Below, piece by piece: positions 43,718-44,451 of a DNA stretch of 44,451 bases. A program made the translations under genes and the position numbers. Location: contig CAZREL010000001.1 in the NCBI GenBank assembly GCA_964599385.1, forward strand, positions 1 through 44,451. The letters are read 5' to 3'. The DNA is from an uncultured Gammaproteobacteria bacterium. Lineage in GTDB: Bacteria > Patescibacteriota > Patescibacteriia > Patescibacteriales > UBA12465. The notes beneath the pieces were generated by a model. The model saw only the letters and a list, made by a program, of their open reading frames with translations, was not told where the DNA came from and ran no database searches. Positions within the stretch are counted from its first letter, which is position 1, and every line of letters starts with the position of its first letter.

Positions 43718-44451
43718 ATGAAGAATAGCAAGGAAGTCATATTAATAAACATGGAAAAGGATGTTGAAAGAAGGGCCTTTATGGAAAGGCAGTTGAACAG
43801 GGAGCGCTTCAATTTTATTATTCAGAAAGGATCTGTCATTAAAGATAAAGATGACGTTGGGATTAATTTTACAAATTTTGCAAGTTTTTCTGAGGCTGGT
43901 TGTGCCATGTCTCACAAAAAAGCTATTGTTAATTTTTTAAAAACAGAAAAAGAAATAGCGCTAATAATGGAGGATGATATAGAGATACCAGATGGATTTC
44001 ATTCTTTGATTGATAAACAAATAGAATTGCAAAAAAAGTATAATTGGGAATATTTATCTTTTAATTATCCGGCTGTTGGTGTTAAATTTATTAGATTATG
44101 GTTAAACCTTCTATTAAATAAAATTAAAAAAAATTTTTCTTTTAATGAGTTGTTTAGAATGCCGGTTTATTTTTTAAAATTTATAGTTATTATTTTTTTA
44201 TCCATATTTGAAAAAATTAGAGAAAAATATTTAAAAAAATTTGGACCAAGGCCGGTCATGTTTTTTAGACCTCTTTATTTTGCCGGTTGTTATTTAATTA
44301 CAAGAAGTGGAGCCGAAAAACTTTTATGTTTACAGGAAACATTGAGTTATTCTGCGGACAGAGTTCCGAATGTTGCTAGAATTAAATTGGGTTTGAGATT
44401 CCTCGCTTTTTCCCCATTGGTTATTAAACAAAAGAGAGACGTTTTTGGAAG
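43718..44451 (+). CDS. Glycosyltransferase family 25 (partial, runs off the window end)
   Basis: Not in the ORF track because no stop is reached. My manual translation MKNSKEVILINMEKDVERRAFMERQL...SEAGCAMSHKKAI...ALIMEDDIEIPDGF matches the GT25 N-terminal pattern. The frame stays open to 44451. Confidence 0.7.
   Translation, partial: MKNSKEVILINMEKDVERRAFMERQLNRERFNFIIQKGSVIKDKDDVGINFTNFASFSEAGCAMSHKKAIVNFLKTEKEIALIMEDDIEIPDGFHSLIDKQIELQKKYNWEYLSFNYPAVGVKFIRLWLNLLLNKIKKNFSFNELFRMPVYFLKFIVIIFLSIFEKIREKYLKKFGPRPVMFFRPLYFAGCYLITRSGAEKLLCLQETLSYSADRVPNVARIKLGLRFLAFSPLVIKQKRDVFG

Noticed and set aside
1-44451. Alternative genetic code (TGA read as Trp or Gly, codes 4/25) as the explanation for the missing TGA stops.
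   Set aside because: All conserved genes are full length under the standard code, with no in-frame TGA. No pair of adjacent same-frame ORFs is separated by TGA. TGA therefore appears avoided rather than reassigned in this window.
1-44451. CRISPR arrays, rRNA, tRNA, IS elements, integrases, reverse transcriptase/DGR.
   Set aside because: I found no regularly spaced direct repeats, no cloverleaf-compatible segments in the intergenic gaps (all but one are under 170 bp), and no ORF with transposase, integrase or RT motifs.

Overview
This is a 44.4-kb, low-GC bacterial chromosome segment that is almost entirely coding. Hand counts on sampled 60-nt lines give about 35-45% GC for the backbone and about 22-27% for the last 3 kb. 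Gene content and protein style point to a Patescibacteria/CPR (Parcubacteria-like) genome, but this is inference: small housekeeping proteins, a GAD-less AspRS, DUF4012 and DUF5671-like proteins, and mostly Shine-Dalgarno-less starts. Positions 1-25 kb are housekeeping: secY 3' end, map, ruvX, recO, aspS, scpA/scpB, a DD-carboxypeptidase, GtrA, dnaG-rpoD, an orphan OmpR-type response regulator, hisS, rnhB, Fe-type SOD, rpsB-tsf, and a PSP1 protein. A few lineage-specific unknowns are interspersed. Positions 25-44 kb are a cell-surface glycan locus: DUF4012, an O-antigen-ligase/polymerase-like protein, three GT4 genes, a Wzz-like protein, UDP-glucuronate decarboxylase, Wzx, a GT-D/DUF1792 gene, a methyltransferase, GT25, and several secreted unknowns. 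A 1.8-kb AT-rich islet carrying an XRE-Fic pair ('mobile mystery protein A/B' type) and an excisionase-like HTH gene interrupts this locus. I saw no rRNA, tRNA, CRISPR array, transposase or integrase. The observations most worth following are: (1) the Fic islet with twin TTTAAAC-N6-GTTTAAA palindromes and a 41-nt palindrome at its edge; (2) a DUF1792 glycosyltransferase split exactly at an A8 tract that is also a canonical A_AAA_AAA slippery heptamer; (3) a GC-content break inside wzx; (4) no TGA among 46 stop codons (33 TAA, 13 TAG) and no in-frame TGA; (5) a basic histone-like N-terminal tail on RpoD; (6) a perfect (GAA)10 microsatellite in a large transmembrane protein. All functional calls come from reading motifs by eye; no database search was run.
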